A stretch of DNA of 64,000 bases from Octopus vulgaris (GCA_951406725.2 OX597824.1:43152001-43216000); one strand, 5' to 3'; shown: positions 13,427 to 26,950, counted from the stretch's first letter. Numbers and translations: made by a program. The notes: a model not told the origin generated them from the letters alone.

Positions 13427-13575
13427 CAACAACAACAACGAAAAACACCTTAGGAATGAGAATCCAGGTTCGAAATTTCCCAATGACATCTCATGATGGC
13501 TGGAGGGTATATCAGCCGAAACGTTGTGTTAACAACAAACAAGATGAGGACAAATATCCGTCAATTGTAAAGAAT
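13283..13575 (+). mobile_element. tRNA-Arg-like SINE, family 4: tRNA head + (AAT/AAC)n linker + Penelope-type tail
   Basis: A box tggcgtagtgg, anticodon-like arm gggCTACTAAccc, aagattcc and B box gttcgattc resemble tRNA-Arg(ACG); acceptor stem absent; about 90 bp (AAT)n(AAC)n linker; unique tail. Confidence 0.85.
13485..13530 (+). ncRNA. Minimal type I hammerhead ribozyme motif, this copy with core mutation G5C (CUCAUGA)
   Basis: Stem I gacat/gtgtt; core ctcatga 13490-13496; stem II ggctg/cagcc; GAAA 13518-13521; palindromic AACGTT stem III; GUU site. Sibling copies at 13109-13115 and 15074-15080 supply canonical CTGATGA. Confidence 0.7.
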
Positions 13576-13727
13576 GCAAATAATAAATTCAAAGTAATTA
13601 TTCTTCTTGCATTACACCCAAGACATACACCATAAATAGTGTATAGAAAAGTACCAGGAAGAAACTTAGTTATTGTATACTAGAACAAGAACCTGACGTT
13701 CTCCCGACTCTGTTTTGCCAATATGTC

Positions 13728-13992
13728 ACCAAAGAATAAAACAGCTGGATAAGAAAAATATTGACCTCGAAACTTTCTGCATTAAAAAAAAAAACAGCTC
13801 CCCACAATGTGTTTGCAGTACCAGTACACATGCCAACAATTGGGCTACTTAATTGGACGGTTGATGAGATCCGAGCCATTGATGTGAAAACCGGGAAGAT
13901 ACTATCCAACACAGAAAATTTTTTACATAAACAGTGAGGCTAACCGTCTCTACTTAAAACGAAAACAAGGAGGCAGTGACTTAACATCGATC
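13728..13992 (+). pseudogene. R4/Dong-clade LINE RT C-terminal fragment
   Basis: Translation AVPVHMPTIGLLNWTVDEIRAIDVKTGKIL...NRLYLKRKQGG matches the R4/Dong pattern WT..EI..ID.KTRK.L and RLYL.RK.GGRGL. Confidence 0.8.
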
Positions 13993-14004
13993 CATAGGAA
14001 GGCT

Positions 14005-14390
14005 AAAATCTCAAAGAGAATAAGGGCAGGCTGGAAACCATTTAACTCAATGAAGGATGTATTCCAAACAAAGCTAGCCGATACTATATGTACCAGATTC
14101 TTCAATAACACCGGCATACGAGCGCTCTTATACGAAAGTGAGGCGTGGACTAAGATAGAAATATCATTAAGAGAGAAAAGAGCGAATCGCAGAGAATCGA
14201 ATGCAGGAGTTCCGCTACGCTGGATACATCACAAGGATCACAGACAACAGGTGGACCCGAACAGTTGTGGAGTGGTATCCAAGAGATCGAAAAGGGCACT
14301 TGGCCTCAGAAACGATGGAAAGGCGATTTGGTTAAGATGGAAAAGAATGGTGCGATCAAGATAGAGTTGGCAGCGAATTGTAACCAGTGG
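14005..14390 (+). pseudogene. RTE-clade LINE 3' ORF fragment
   Basis: ISKRIRAGWKPFNSMKDVF...ALLYESEAW, then frameshifted YAGYITRITDNRWTRTVVEWYPRDRK...QKRW, typical of the RTE C-terminus. Confidence 0.8.
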
Positions 14391-14490
14391 TATATAACAG
14401 TATCTCATGACATGGTCGATACAGTGATAAACATAAACACATCTATATTCGTATATATATATATTTTTTTTCATACACACACAAATATAT

Positions 14491-14767
14491 ATTCTATTAT
14501 TTTGCTTGTCTCAGTCATTACACTGCGGCTACACTGGAGAGTTTTAGTTGAACTAATCGACTCCAAGGCTGATTTCCTAAGTACTTATTTTATCGATCTC
14601 TTTTGTTGAACCAATAAGTTACGGGGATGTAAACACCGGAGATGTCAAGCAGTGAAGGGGTCACGGATACAAACACAAAAACACACGCATATACCTACCT
14701 ACATATATATGTGTACATTTTTATATATATACACACATATACATATGTATGTATATATATATATATA

Positions 14768-14813
<46 letters not shown>

Positions 14814-14987
14814 CATACACACAAACACAACGGATATCTTTCAGTTTCCGTCTACCAAATCCATTCATAAGGTTTTGGTGGGCCCGAGGCTATAGCAGAA
14901 GATACTTGCCCAAGGTGCCGCATAGTGGAACTGAACCTGGAACCATGTGGTTGGTAAGCAAGCATCTTACCACGCAGCCACGCCTAT
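14491..14987 (-). mobile_element. CORE-like tRNA SINE, family 2, with internal TA/TG microsatellite
   Basis: Head ggcgtggctgcgtggtaag...ggttcagttcc, ggcaccttgggcaagt box, internal microsatellite, 3' half homologous to 56069-56250. Confidence 0.85.
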
Positions 14988-15034
14988 GTACACAGACACA
15001 CACAGACACACATATATATATATATATGTATACA

Positions 15035-15084
15035 AACACACACCTCTATCTCTCTCGATATATTCTCTAGCCTTCATCAGGTGT

Positions 15085-15087
<3 letters not shown>
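15035..15087 (-). mobile_element. Fragment of family 4 tail containing CTGATGA
   Basis: tattctctagccttcatcaggtgtctt is identical to 13096-13122 and shares its truncation flank. Confidence 0.75.
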
Positions 15088-15146
<59 letters not shown>

Positions 15147-15245
15147 TGTATGTATGCATGTATGTATGTATGTATGTAAATATATATACATAAGCACACA
15201 CGCATGCATGCACACACACACGCACATACATAAATGCATACATAC

Positions 15246-15305
<60 letters not shown>

Positions 15306-15789
15306 CATATATATGACAGATACATGACGAGGGAGAGAGAATAGAGAAATTGACAGAGCAAATATTAAATACTAGCTCGCTATTATCTATAACAGAGAAT
15401 CTAATGTATTTCATATATTTGTGCTATATTTGTTTTACAGATCGAAAATATTTTTGACGCTTTTGTCTCATGATATATAAATACAAATGCTTGTATTCTG
15501 CTGTGGATAATTTTTGTGCCACATTCTTGTAATGTAACAATAAATCAATGTTTAATAAGAGGATCTGTTTGAAATAACGTATTTCATGCATTCATGATGG
15601 CTGATTTTATTTCATTATTCATCTGCGTAAATCTTAATCATACAATGTGGAACCTATTGAGAGCTGGAATAAACAAAATGCATATTAAAAAGTGTGTCTC
15701 TACACGGTAGATGAATCTGCGGTAGCCAAGCCTTCCTTAAACCACTACCCCTCCATCATCTTATTTAACAAAGAATACATGATTTTATC

Positions 15790-16000
15790 TCTTACTTTTT
15801 ATTTGTTGCATTCACAAGATTGCGGCCATGTTGGAAAACTACCTTCAATTGTTTTGTCGAAGAAATCGATCATAGTACTTTTTTTTTTAAAGTCTGGTAT
15901 TTATTCTGCCTTTTTTTTTTTACCAAACCCCTAAGTTACATCACAAAAACAAACGAACACCGGTTGTCACGCGGAGATGGAGGAACAAAAGTAATGCAAG
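15790..16000 (-). mobile_element. Degenerate family 2 SINE 3' half
   Basis: tttatttgtt...tgcggccatgttgga...ctaagttac...accggttgtca aligns to 56075-56245. Confidence 0.55.
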
Positions 16001-16011
16001 CACAGACACAC

Positions 16012-16052
<41 letters not shown>

Positions 16053-16320
16053 TGCACGCATACACACATACACACACATAAACATAACTTTCTGAAAATT
16101 GATGTTTTTAATAAAATGTTCTACAAATACCCTTCAGATAATGTAGATTACGGTTATATCGATGTTTGTTGCGAAAACACACACATACATACATACATAC
16201 ATACATACATACATACATACATACATACGTACATACATACATACATACATACATACATACATACATACATACATACATACATGCGTATGTTTGTTTGTGT
16301 ATGTGTGTGTGTGTGTGTGA

Positions 16321-16480
16321 GGGCGCGTAAGTTCAATTCCCAGCGACACGTTGTCTCCTTGAGCAAGACATTTTATTTCACGTTGCTCCAGTCAACGCAG
16401 GTGGCAAAAATGAATAGTGCCTGTGTTTGAAAGGGCCAGCCTTGTCACATTCTGTGTCACGCTGAATCTCCCTGAGAACT
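16321..16480 (+). mobile_element. tRNA/CORE-like SINE (family 3-related), partial
   Basis: gttcaattcc B box followed by ccttgagcaagacattttatttcacgttgctc, matching the 8150-8200 block. Confidence 0.65.
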
Positions 16481-16611
16481 CCGAGAGAGGAGAGTATGAA
16501 AGTCTAGTTCGACGAACTAGCCAACCTACTCATTGAATTAAAATGCTAAATACCAGAATATTTCACAAACGTGTGTTACCCTTCACATAATTCTTCGGTA
16601 CAATTAGTGTG

Positions 16612-16790
16612 ACACGTTCTGTGACCAAGCGGGCCCTTTCAATTACAAGAACAGCTCATCGTTTGGATTTCGACATAGTTGTCCACGTGAGGTTATGATT
16701 GAGACACTTGTCCAAGATGCCTCGCAGTGGCACGAAGGCGAGACCTGCTGATCGTTAACATAATTTCTTACACCACTCATTAGCGCTTGT
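16612..16790 (-). mobile_element. Old degenerate CORE-like SINE
   Basis: Minus strand gcatcttggacaagtgtctc resembles the family 2 CORE box; ggccctttcaattaca mirrors the 16430 block. Confidence 0.4.
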
Positions 16791-17192
16791 TGATGTCTAT
16801 GAATGTACAACACACACATACATATACACATAACGGACTAAATTCAACACTTAAAAGAAAGTTGGATTCTGGTGTAAAACATATCTCAACCACTCTTTCT
16901 CTCACACACACCCCGTTTCTCTCTCTCTCTCTCTCAGTATCTATCCCTCATTCTTCTGTCTATTGATTTCTCACTATTAATCGATTATTTACAAAAGTTC
17001 AAATGAAATGATATAAATAAAACAAATAAACAAACAAACAGCTTCTGTTTTCAGCTACAGTAACAAACTCCTATATCAACATTAATCTCTGCCAGTTGCA
17101 TCATCTCTGACGTCATCATCATCATAGACATAGACATACGTATACACATACATAGACATGCGCATACACACAAACAGACAGACACACACACG

Positions 17193-17243
<51 letters not shown>

Positions 17244-17469
17244 GGCGGCGAGTTGGCAGAAACGTTATCACGCCGGTTGAAATGCGTAGCCGTATTTCGT
17301 CTGCCGTTACGTTCTGAGTTCAAATTCTGCCGAGGTCGACTTTGCCTTTCATCCTTTCGGGGTCAATAAATTAAGTACTAGTTACGCTCTGGGGTCGATA
17401 TAATCGACTTAATCCATTTGTCTGTCCTTGTTTGTCCCCTCTATGTTTAGCCCCTTGTGGGTAGTAAAG

Positions 17470-17473
<4 letters not shown>
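17244..17473 (+). mobile_element. SINE family 1 (tail A), tandem copy 1
   Basis: Full-length, bounded by (TA)n. Confidence 0.92.
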
Positions 17474-18092
<619 letters not shown>

Positions 18093-18318
18093 ATGCAAAA
18101 GAATACATGTATGTGTGTGTGAGTGAATGATAAAGGCAATTTTTACAAGCATAAAGACTCTTAACGTTAATTGTAAAAAGATTGGAAAAGTAAAAGTAAA
18201 CTCAGAATGAGATGCTTTGATAATTTCATTGACAGTGGGTTCGGAGTTTCGCAGGGCGTTGGTTTTGTTCAACCGTTTGCACACGTCATCGTCCCCGAAT
18301 CTATAAAATCACTGTCAA

Positions 18319-18375
<57 letters not shown>

Positions 18376-18621
18376 TGAAAGCGGTGGGTGCCTGAGAGCC
18401 AGAGCTGTGAGGGGAGCCAGGTATTGTGGATAAAATTGGATAGACAGCAACACTGCAGATTTTTTGTCAGATGGACCGTATCAATTTGATAATAATGTCC
18501 AGACTGTTCATTAACGCCTACACTGGTCCTGAGAATTTACGTTACATGTGTCTGGAATATTCGGCCACTTCGCAATGCTAATTCAAGGAGAATGTCTTTC
18601 AGACGATCGAGAATTCATAAC

Positions 18622-18656
<35 letters not shown>

Positions 18657-18851
18657 TGTATGTATGTATGTATGTATGTATGTATGTGTATGAATGTATA
18701 TATATATATATATCAATGTGCGTGGACATAATTGTATATGTCTGAGCGTGTGTGTTTATGTGTGAGGGCATATATATATATTTATTTATATTTATATATG
18801 TACATATATATATATATATAAATTTATATTTACATATAGATGTACATATAT

Positions 18852-18916
<65 letters not shown>

Positions 18917-19816
18917 CACACATACACACATATATATACATTCACATATACATGTTTATGGAAATATGTATAGATATTAGTAAAGATATTTATGTACATA
19001 TGTGTGCTCAACCCCACCACCTACACACGTGCGCGCACACACACGCAGAGGCACATTCACACAAACATATACAAACGGAAATTCATAGTTAGGCCGGGTA
19101 GGAGGATGACGTCAACGGTCGTACTTTATTATAGAAAGTAAAAATCTGTGTGAATGGGATCTGAACTTATATGACGTGACGTGACGTATCGTGTTGTGAC
19201 GTGACGAGGCATGACGTGACGTATGGTTCCGTGTTAGAAGCATAGACATGTAATAGTGTCAACGAAAGAAGAGATACGTAGGAGTAACGGGTGAACGGAC
19301 GACGACCAACTATGAATGAACTGATAATAATTGAAGAAAATACTGGAAAAATAAATGGATATAACTATTAATAAACGTATAGAAGTCAACGATATCGCGA
19401 TAGGACACAATATACGAACGACTGAGTGACGGACAGACTGTCTGAATGAATGAACGTGAATGATAGAACAAATGAATAAACAAGCGAGTGAATATTTTGA
19501 AGCGTGTATGTATTGTTACATTCGCAGCCGATATTTCTCACTGTGTTTGTACGTCTATGTTTGTGTGTGAGTGTGTGTGTGTGTGTATGTGTTCGTCTGT
19601 GTACATGTGTATGTGTGTGTGTGTGTATGTGTGTATAGTGTTACAGCGGGAACATGATGGTTTGTAGAAAATGGCACGAAGCTGTATCGACCTTTTCTTT
19701 CCCTTGAGCAACACTGGTCGCGTCGAAAGAAGGGACTTACAAATATGAGAAACTTTTAGCAATCCACAACAAAGTTCGACGTGCAGGTCCAAACTACCAG
19801 TAAATGACAAAGGCCA

Positions 19817-19817
<1 letters not shown>

Positions 19818-19847
<30 letters not shown>

Positions 19848-20014
19848 CATACATACATACATACATACATACATACATACATACATACATACGTACATAC
19901 ATACATACATACATACACACATACACTTGTATGTATTTGTGTGTATGTATGTATGTATGTATGTATGTATATATGTATGTATGTATCTATCTATCTATCT
20001 GTCTATGTATGTAA

Positions 20015-20106
<92 letters not shown>

Positions 20107-20136
20107 TTATCTATCTACCTACCTACTTACCTTCCA

Positions 20137-20202
<66 letters not shown>

Positions 20203-20232
20203 TTATCTATCTACCTACCTACTTACCTTCCA

Positions 20233-20302
<70 letters not shown>

Positions 20303-20318
20303 ATATCTATCTATCTAT

Positions 20319-20355
<37 letters not shown>
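19818..20355. repeat. (CATA)n/(TATG)n/(TATC)n/(TA)n compound microsatellite with an internal higher-order duplication
   Basis: The variant block tttatctatctacctacctacttaccttccaatc occurs twice, near 20105 and 20201. Confidence 0.9.
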
Positions 20356-20358
<3 letters not shown>

Positions 20359-20701
20359 CAGAATCATTAAAGCGCGTAATAAATTACTTTGCGGTAATTG
20401 GTGTCGTTTGTATACGTTCTGAACTCAAATTTTCATCTTTTTTGCCTTTTTGCCTTTCATCTTTTCGATGTCGATAAATAACAAACCTGTAACAAACCAA
20501 GGGCAGATCATTTTACTTCTTTTTTTTTTGTCTCTCTATTACTCCTCTTTTTTGTTTGTCTATTTGAGGAAGAAATCAACAGTAAGTAGTCGCACCGGGC
20601 GAGAGATTGGCCCCTCCAGGTCACAATATGCTCAATACACGGCGTGTGTTACGACGCCACTCCTACAACTTCATCGGGAGTTGAGAGCCCAGCCATAGCA
20701 T

Positions 20702-20711
20702 GGTATGTATG

Positions 20712-20745
<34 letters not shown>

Positions 20746-20885
20746 TGTATGTATGTATGTATGTATGTATGTATGTATGTATGTATGTATGTATGTATGT
20801 ATGTATGTATGTATGAATGTATGTATGTATGTATGTATGTATGTATGTATGTATGTATGTATGTATGTATGTATGTATGTATGCA
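20702..20885. repeat. (TATG)n microsatellite
   Basis: Directly visible. Confidence 0.95.
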
Positions 20886-22719
20886 TGCATGCAGACACGC
20901 GTGAAGGGATTGTAGCTTTAAAAGCATTTAAAATATGTAAGATGTTTTTTTTTCTCTCTCTATCTCTATCTCTCTTCCAGTCTTTTCTCCACTGCCAGAA
21001 GAAGAAAAAAATAATAGATCGTTTTTAATTCAATTTAGCTTAATTAACTTAAAAGACCGAGTTATATCATACTGACGAATCCAGAAAGAGAATGAATTAG
21101 TGTTCTCCATGACAATAAGAGATTTGAAAGACCTCATCTCATGGAAATAAACAAAAATAAAAGATTTATATGGAAACATATGCATGCTCTTCCGTATTTA
21201 ATAATAATTCCGCAACATAAGGAAAATAAACCATGAAGCAATTATCTCCCCTTCAGTAGCACTCTCTTCCCCCAAGAAGCAGTTCCTAGTAATACCATCA
21301 CGTGAATATAGTTTTGCTTTTTGGAAATTAGGTCAAGTTGATGTATAAATGAATAGTTATTGCCTTGCAGTTGTTATATTCTGTGTATGTGTGTTTATAT
21401 GTCTGTGTGCATGTTTGTTTGTAAGAGTTATGTGTGTGTGAGTGTGTGTATATATGTGTGTGTGAATGTGTGTGTGTGTGTGCGTGTCTGTTTATGTGTA
21501 CACATGTGAGCGTGTTGATGTTTCGGAATGCATCGGCTTGAAACATAATTGGAAACAGTGGCTCATTGATCTGCTAGATAATAATACAGATACACTTGTA
21601 TGCATTGTAGGCAGGGGTACAGACAGCTGATATGCAGACACACTCACACACTCTCATGTATACGTACATATAAACATACATATGTGCGACTATATAATCG
21701 TTGTTGGGAGTGCGCATATATGTATATGCATTATATTAAAAACATGACTATGTTTGATCATATATATATTTTTTTCTTCAAAATTTTAAAGAGTTTCGGT
21801 ATTTCTTTATTTGTGCTGTAATAAAAATGATTAAATTCGTGTGTTCAATATAACTCACACAGTGATGTGAAACTCCAGTCTCCGGATAAATATTCAGTTC
21901 AATAAATTACACATACGCACAAACACGCACACCCACAGATGCAAACGCACAACATACAGTTATAGAAATAGATTTTTAATCAGGCTTGCATTTTTGGCTT
22001 TTGAAGATAGTTAACTCAAGTGCAGGCGCTTTCATTCAAACAACATTGATAAATATCGATAAATTCTGAGCAGTGCTTTGTATTTTGTGAATATATCACT
22101 TTTTGTGCGCGAGACATTCATTCTGAAATTAAAAGCAGCAAGATATAGCGAATAAAGCTTACCCGCCTTACTTTTAACTTTAGTCAGCTTTTACATTGAC
22201 TCAAGTGAAAATATAACAAACAAAGGCCTAATACTTACTGTTGGGACACGCATTTTAAAAATGGCTTTATCAGGGAAGAATGATGACCTTTCCAGGATAC
22301 AGAAACTGGTGGGAGAAAAATGAAGCAGAAGCCACGCCTCGTAGAATACTTGCATCAGGAAGCAGCACATCAATATATCAAAGTATCCTCAGACTGGAGT
22401 AATAAGTACCAACGTCTGTAACAGACTGAACTCTGCTAAAGACACGCCGCTAAAGATTTCAACTAACAGAGATCATCCATTTGAACAACATATCCAACAG
22501 GTTTCCATGCATTTTTCATCTACCCATTTTTATTGACAATGCTTTAATCTATCCAAGATGATGCTAAGACACATGCCTAGAGTGTTACACATTCTGGTCA
22601 AATTCAGAACCATGTCATTGCAACGCAGGGCTCTTAACCACGTGGCCATGTTTTTAGCTGGGACTATCATACAGCCTCCGTATAGCACAAAATATTAAAA
22701 CTATCTGTTTATGCAGGTT

Positions 22720-23350
22720 AAGCATATTTACCCATTAACCCCAAAGTACCATGTATTTTTCTCTTAAAAAGGGATCTGGTGTTTTTCCTTTTAATTACGC
22801 ATAACGTATTGACTTCAGTCATGTTCTCATATAGCTTTCACAATCTGCTTACGAGCCGTATTTTAGTGGGTAGGGATCAAGCTATCGATGAAGACAACAA
22901 AGATTTATCTTGTTGTCCTTGGTAATGATGTCAAGGAAAATTTGTCTTGATTTCATTATCTATTTCAACAGACATATCGAAGAACGTAGTAGCTCTAATA
23001 TTATCAGAAAGCTATATTTTTTGTTTTCTTTTTTAGTATATGATTATAACACATATTTCATGTTATGAGTTGGATGTATTGGCACATTGCCCAATGGATA
23101 TAACTACCAACTCGGTCATGCCTGTGAACATACATAATCTGCTTTTTTTTCTTCTTGGACTAGGCAGCCAAAAATTATATGTTCTTTTGTTCCTTGATGT
23201 TCGCTGTTCAATATGCAATTAACATTAGTCTCTTGTTATTTGCTTTTATAGTTTTTAGCAGCCAAACATTGATCCTGTGCAATAATAATCGAGGCTTCTG
23301 TTTCTGCCTTTAGTTGGCTTTCGCAATATAGTTGCATATGTTTCAGCTAG
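22720..23350 (-). pseudogene. R4/Dong-clade LINE C-terminal fragment (CCHC region + restriction-like endonuclease)
   Basis: Minus translation LKAETEASIIIAQDQCL...KEHIIFGC...HRHDRVGSYIHWAMC and DMSVEIDNEIKTNF.DII, matching ETE..I.AAQDQ, HI..GC, RHD.V..IHW and the PD motif. Missed by the ORF track. Confidence 0.8.
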
Positions 23351-25330
23351 TCATGATGTGCACTGGTCATGAATGGACGCCATTTTGATGAGAAAGATTA
23401 TATATTATTAGAATTACTTCATTAAATTCCTTGTTTCTAAGTGATTTTCCAAACGTTTTTATGTCATTTAGATCATATGTTCCCTTATTCTGCTTATAAA
23501 TTCCAATCAAATTATATCAAAATATTTCCATTTATATATGTCTTGTGTTTCAGTATACGGTATTAAAAGGTTACTGACAAAGGGCTCCCTCGCCTCTTTA
23601 AAGAAATATGCAGAATATATAAGGAGGAAAATTTCAATTTCAACGTGTCGATCATTGATACTTAATAAAGAGAAGAAAACATGGAAGCTTCTAGAATGAC
23701 CACCGTTTAAGGTTAAATAATTAAATGAAACGCACAGTTTTGTTGTTGATGTTGTTATTGAAGTTAATTTTAATCCTCAGATCAACATTGGTGGAGTAGA
23801 GTTATGGTCAGATGCACTCCAACCGGCATTTCAGGGTCATGTAGGACTACACTATCTAGCATGGCTTTTACATATTTAAAAGGACAGTGTAATTTGAAGC
23901 GGATCTAGATGCTATGTCTTGTAAGTCGAGCGACCACACAGTGGCTTTCCCGACGGCTAGGACATTTTGCTTTTCTCAACTAAGGAACAAATTCAGTTGT
24001 ATTGTGCACATCTGTTTTACATAACACAGCTGCTTTTGGTCGAATCGAGAAGTTTTTCAATCTATTTAATTTTTCATTTACTTTTTGTTCATCAAGAATT
24101 TAAATAAATGTTAATTTAAGAAACGTTAATTAAAGATCGAAGTCGTAAATGATCATAAAGATGTTGAGTATGAGAATGATTCTTAAGAGATCAAAAGAAA
24201 GCTGGAACACGTAGTTTTCTTTTGTGGGAGCGGTCTACCATCGAGGAATGAAAAAGGAATAGACAAAAAAAATTGCTTTTATTGTTTAGCTTTAGATCAA
24301 TCTTGAGCGGAAAGATTTTTGATCAAAAATCATTCAAGCCGGGACCATTTTGTATTGGGGATGCAATTTTGAAGGAGATTTGGCAACAACGTCGCGATTC
24401 CTCTCATTCACTCTTCAGACAATCCATTTTAATTATTTTCGCTTAGCTCCAGATCAACCTTCACTGAGCCAATCTATACTTAAAATCATTCAATCCAAAG
24501 GCATTCATACCTTGTTAGGGATTTTTTTCTTGTGCTACATAATCGAATATGTCACTGTTTAAGACCGCACTGTTTGATTTAATGGTTTGGCTGATTCTGC
24601 TTATAGTGACCACGTAGATCCTCACTCAGTAACCTTTACACAAAGATGTTAAAGAATTTGGTTAAGACAGGTGCCAAATCATATTCTCATTGTTTTATGA
24701 AGATTGCTAGGTTTTTGTCAATTTCCATCTCTTGGTGTTTTCTTCCTGAAAATTATGTCGTGTTTGACAAGTGTTTATAAGATGTGGTAGTGGGATTGTG
24801 ATGAAGGAAGTCCAAGAGGACATAATTTTCTTTATTGTATAAAAGCAGTAAATGTAATGCTGCAAGAAATTTTCACATGAGTGCCTTCTGCACGAAAAAG
24901 ATACAATACAGTTAGCTGCGAGCTAACATAGCTCAGAGCCAAACTTAATTTTTAATCAGTTGAAATTAATACCGCAATGAAAATAAAAAGATCTTTATGG
25001 TTAATTTATAATTGGAGTCGAAATGGCAATTTTAAAATTTAAATTGCAATGAGAAAAACAACCTGATATTTGTTATGTACAGTGGTAACCCCAGATGTAT
25101 TTCATCAGATGTAATTCATCAGCCAAGTATAATCAAATACACATCTACCAAACCTTAGATCGATTTGTGATATTAAAGTGGGTTTTTTTCAGCCATATGA
25201 ATTATGCTCCGAAATCGTAGGAACACCGTCTAGATATATAGTTTGTTCGTGTCATTTGCATTTTTTAACTGAATCTGGTGGACCACTTCTCCATATCTAA
25301 CCATGAGGGATTTTTTCCATACAGAGAGCG

Positions 25331-25504
25331 AGGGGGGGGGAGTGTCGACTCCAGAAGCTGAGTGTTTTGTTTTTTTTATCAACTCCAAAAGGCTGAAACG
25401 TGAATTTAACCTCGGTGTCTATTGACCTCAGACTACAGAGGGCCCGAATGAATACTACTAGGCATCATTGTATCCCTTGCTCCAACGACTTTGCCAACTC
25501 ACCA
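25331..25504 (-). mobile_element. Highly degenerate SINE family 1 copy
   Basis: ttatcaactccaaaaggctgaaa...aacctcgg...gactttgccaactcacc aligns to the reverse complement of family 1. Confidence 0.5.
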
Positions 25505-26149
25505 CACATCAAAATATGTTGAACGTCAGATGTGAAACCTCTCTTTCATACATTTATTAATGGCTGACTGAACGAAAGGAGCGTATATTTGATGGTACGA
25601 GAAGAATAGCATAGAAATGGCGGCGAGCCAAAGATTAAAGTAAACTGAGTAACGAATAATTGCAGCAGGTGCGTGCTATTTCCAAATAGAGAAAGGCGTA
25701 TGTGTGGTAAAGTGTGGGGATCCTACAATTACACCAGTGTCTGTATAAAACTTGGGTATCGCGGACTCAACTGATCGACATGAGTGATATATGAGAGAAG
25801 CTATCAGGCTGGTTGTACTTTAACCACAAGTCATGACCTATGATGAGAAGTGATCAAGCTAGTAGCACACTGGTCCATCGTTATAATTGGAAATCCCTGT
25901 AATTTTGGTCTTTCTTTGACAGTAAAGTATTTACCGGTAGAAAAATTCGATTATCAAAAAAATATTCCTGAGTTGTTCTTGTTTGTGAAGCGTATTCCAT
26001 TAATTTCAATGTTGGTGTTTGTCTTTATTGGCGAGTTTTATCATTATAATATTAGTAAATATAGTGTGTGTAGAGCTTAGAAAGTGATGCGTAAATCTAG
26101 CAACACAAGATATGTATTCCAACGACAGTACTAAATATGGGTAGTAACA

Positions 26150-26440
26150 AGCTTCTGTAATATGAATGGCCAGCTATATAGGGTAATAGCCCTACCAATG
26201 GATGTGTTTGGCAGGGAAACACGGAAAATAACGGTAAAGGTGGTCAAGAATATAGACACATCCCACTAATGATATCTACTAACAATATCTACTAGCGATG
26301 TCTACAGAAGATCCTCAAAGTTAACGTCTAAGACAGAATTACAGATGAGAAAATCCTTCTGCGAAATGTGTCAGTTACGGTAAAGCATTAGGGCACTATA
26401 ACGATTTTGCCTAACAGGATGGATCATAGAACTATTTCCA
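26150..26440 (+). pseudogene. Degenerate RTE-like LINE 3' fragment
   Basis: RCLQKILKVNV*DRITDEKILLR resembles the RTE motif RCLR.IL.I.W.DRITNE.VL.R. Confidence 0.5.
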
Positions 26441-26529
26441 GTGGTTTGTGAGATAGCTCTTTCGTTACCACGCATCTGTGTATGTTTAAGAGTATTATAT
26501 GCATACACCACACACACCCACACACATTT

Positions 26530-26712
26530 TTTTATTTGGTTTGCAAGATTCTTTATGTGAATTTGTGTGTTGAAGCATATTTTATTGTGTCTAGAGATAG
26601 TCGTTCTGTTTTAATGCTTCATTAATCAACACACTCACCGGTTCGATTTCCACTCATTTCCTCTTTTTTTTCTAAACTTTTTGTTGCTTCTGGTAACCTC
26701 CTCAATAGTCGT
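26530..26712 (-). mobile_element. Dispersed repeat, possibly a Penelope-like terminal fragment
   Basis: Resembles a recalled octopus repeat (cactcaccggttcgatttccactcatttcctc); no second copy in this window. Confidence 0.3.
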
Positions 26713-26911
26713 TAGCTGCCCGTTATCGGAGCTGCGTTCTTTTTGTTTGTTTGTGCGCACGTGTGTGCGTCAGTGTGCATGTGTATACACACATATATAT
26801 ATATATGTATATATGAATGTATGTATGTATGTATGTATGTAGGTATGTATGTATGAATGTATGTATGTATGTATGTATGTATGTATGTATGTATGCGCGT
26901 GTCTGTGTGTA

Positions 26912-26950
<39 letters not shown>

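Noticed and set aside
26633-26712. Strong minus-strand donor CCG|GTGAGT
   Set aside because: It lies inside a probable dispersed repeat and has no matching acceptor.
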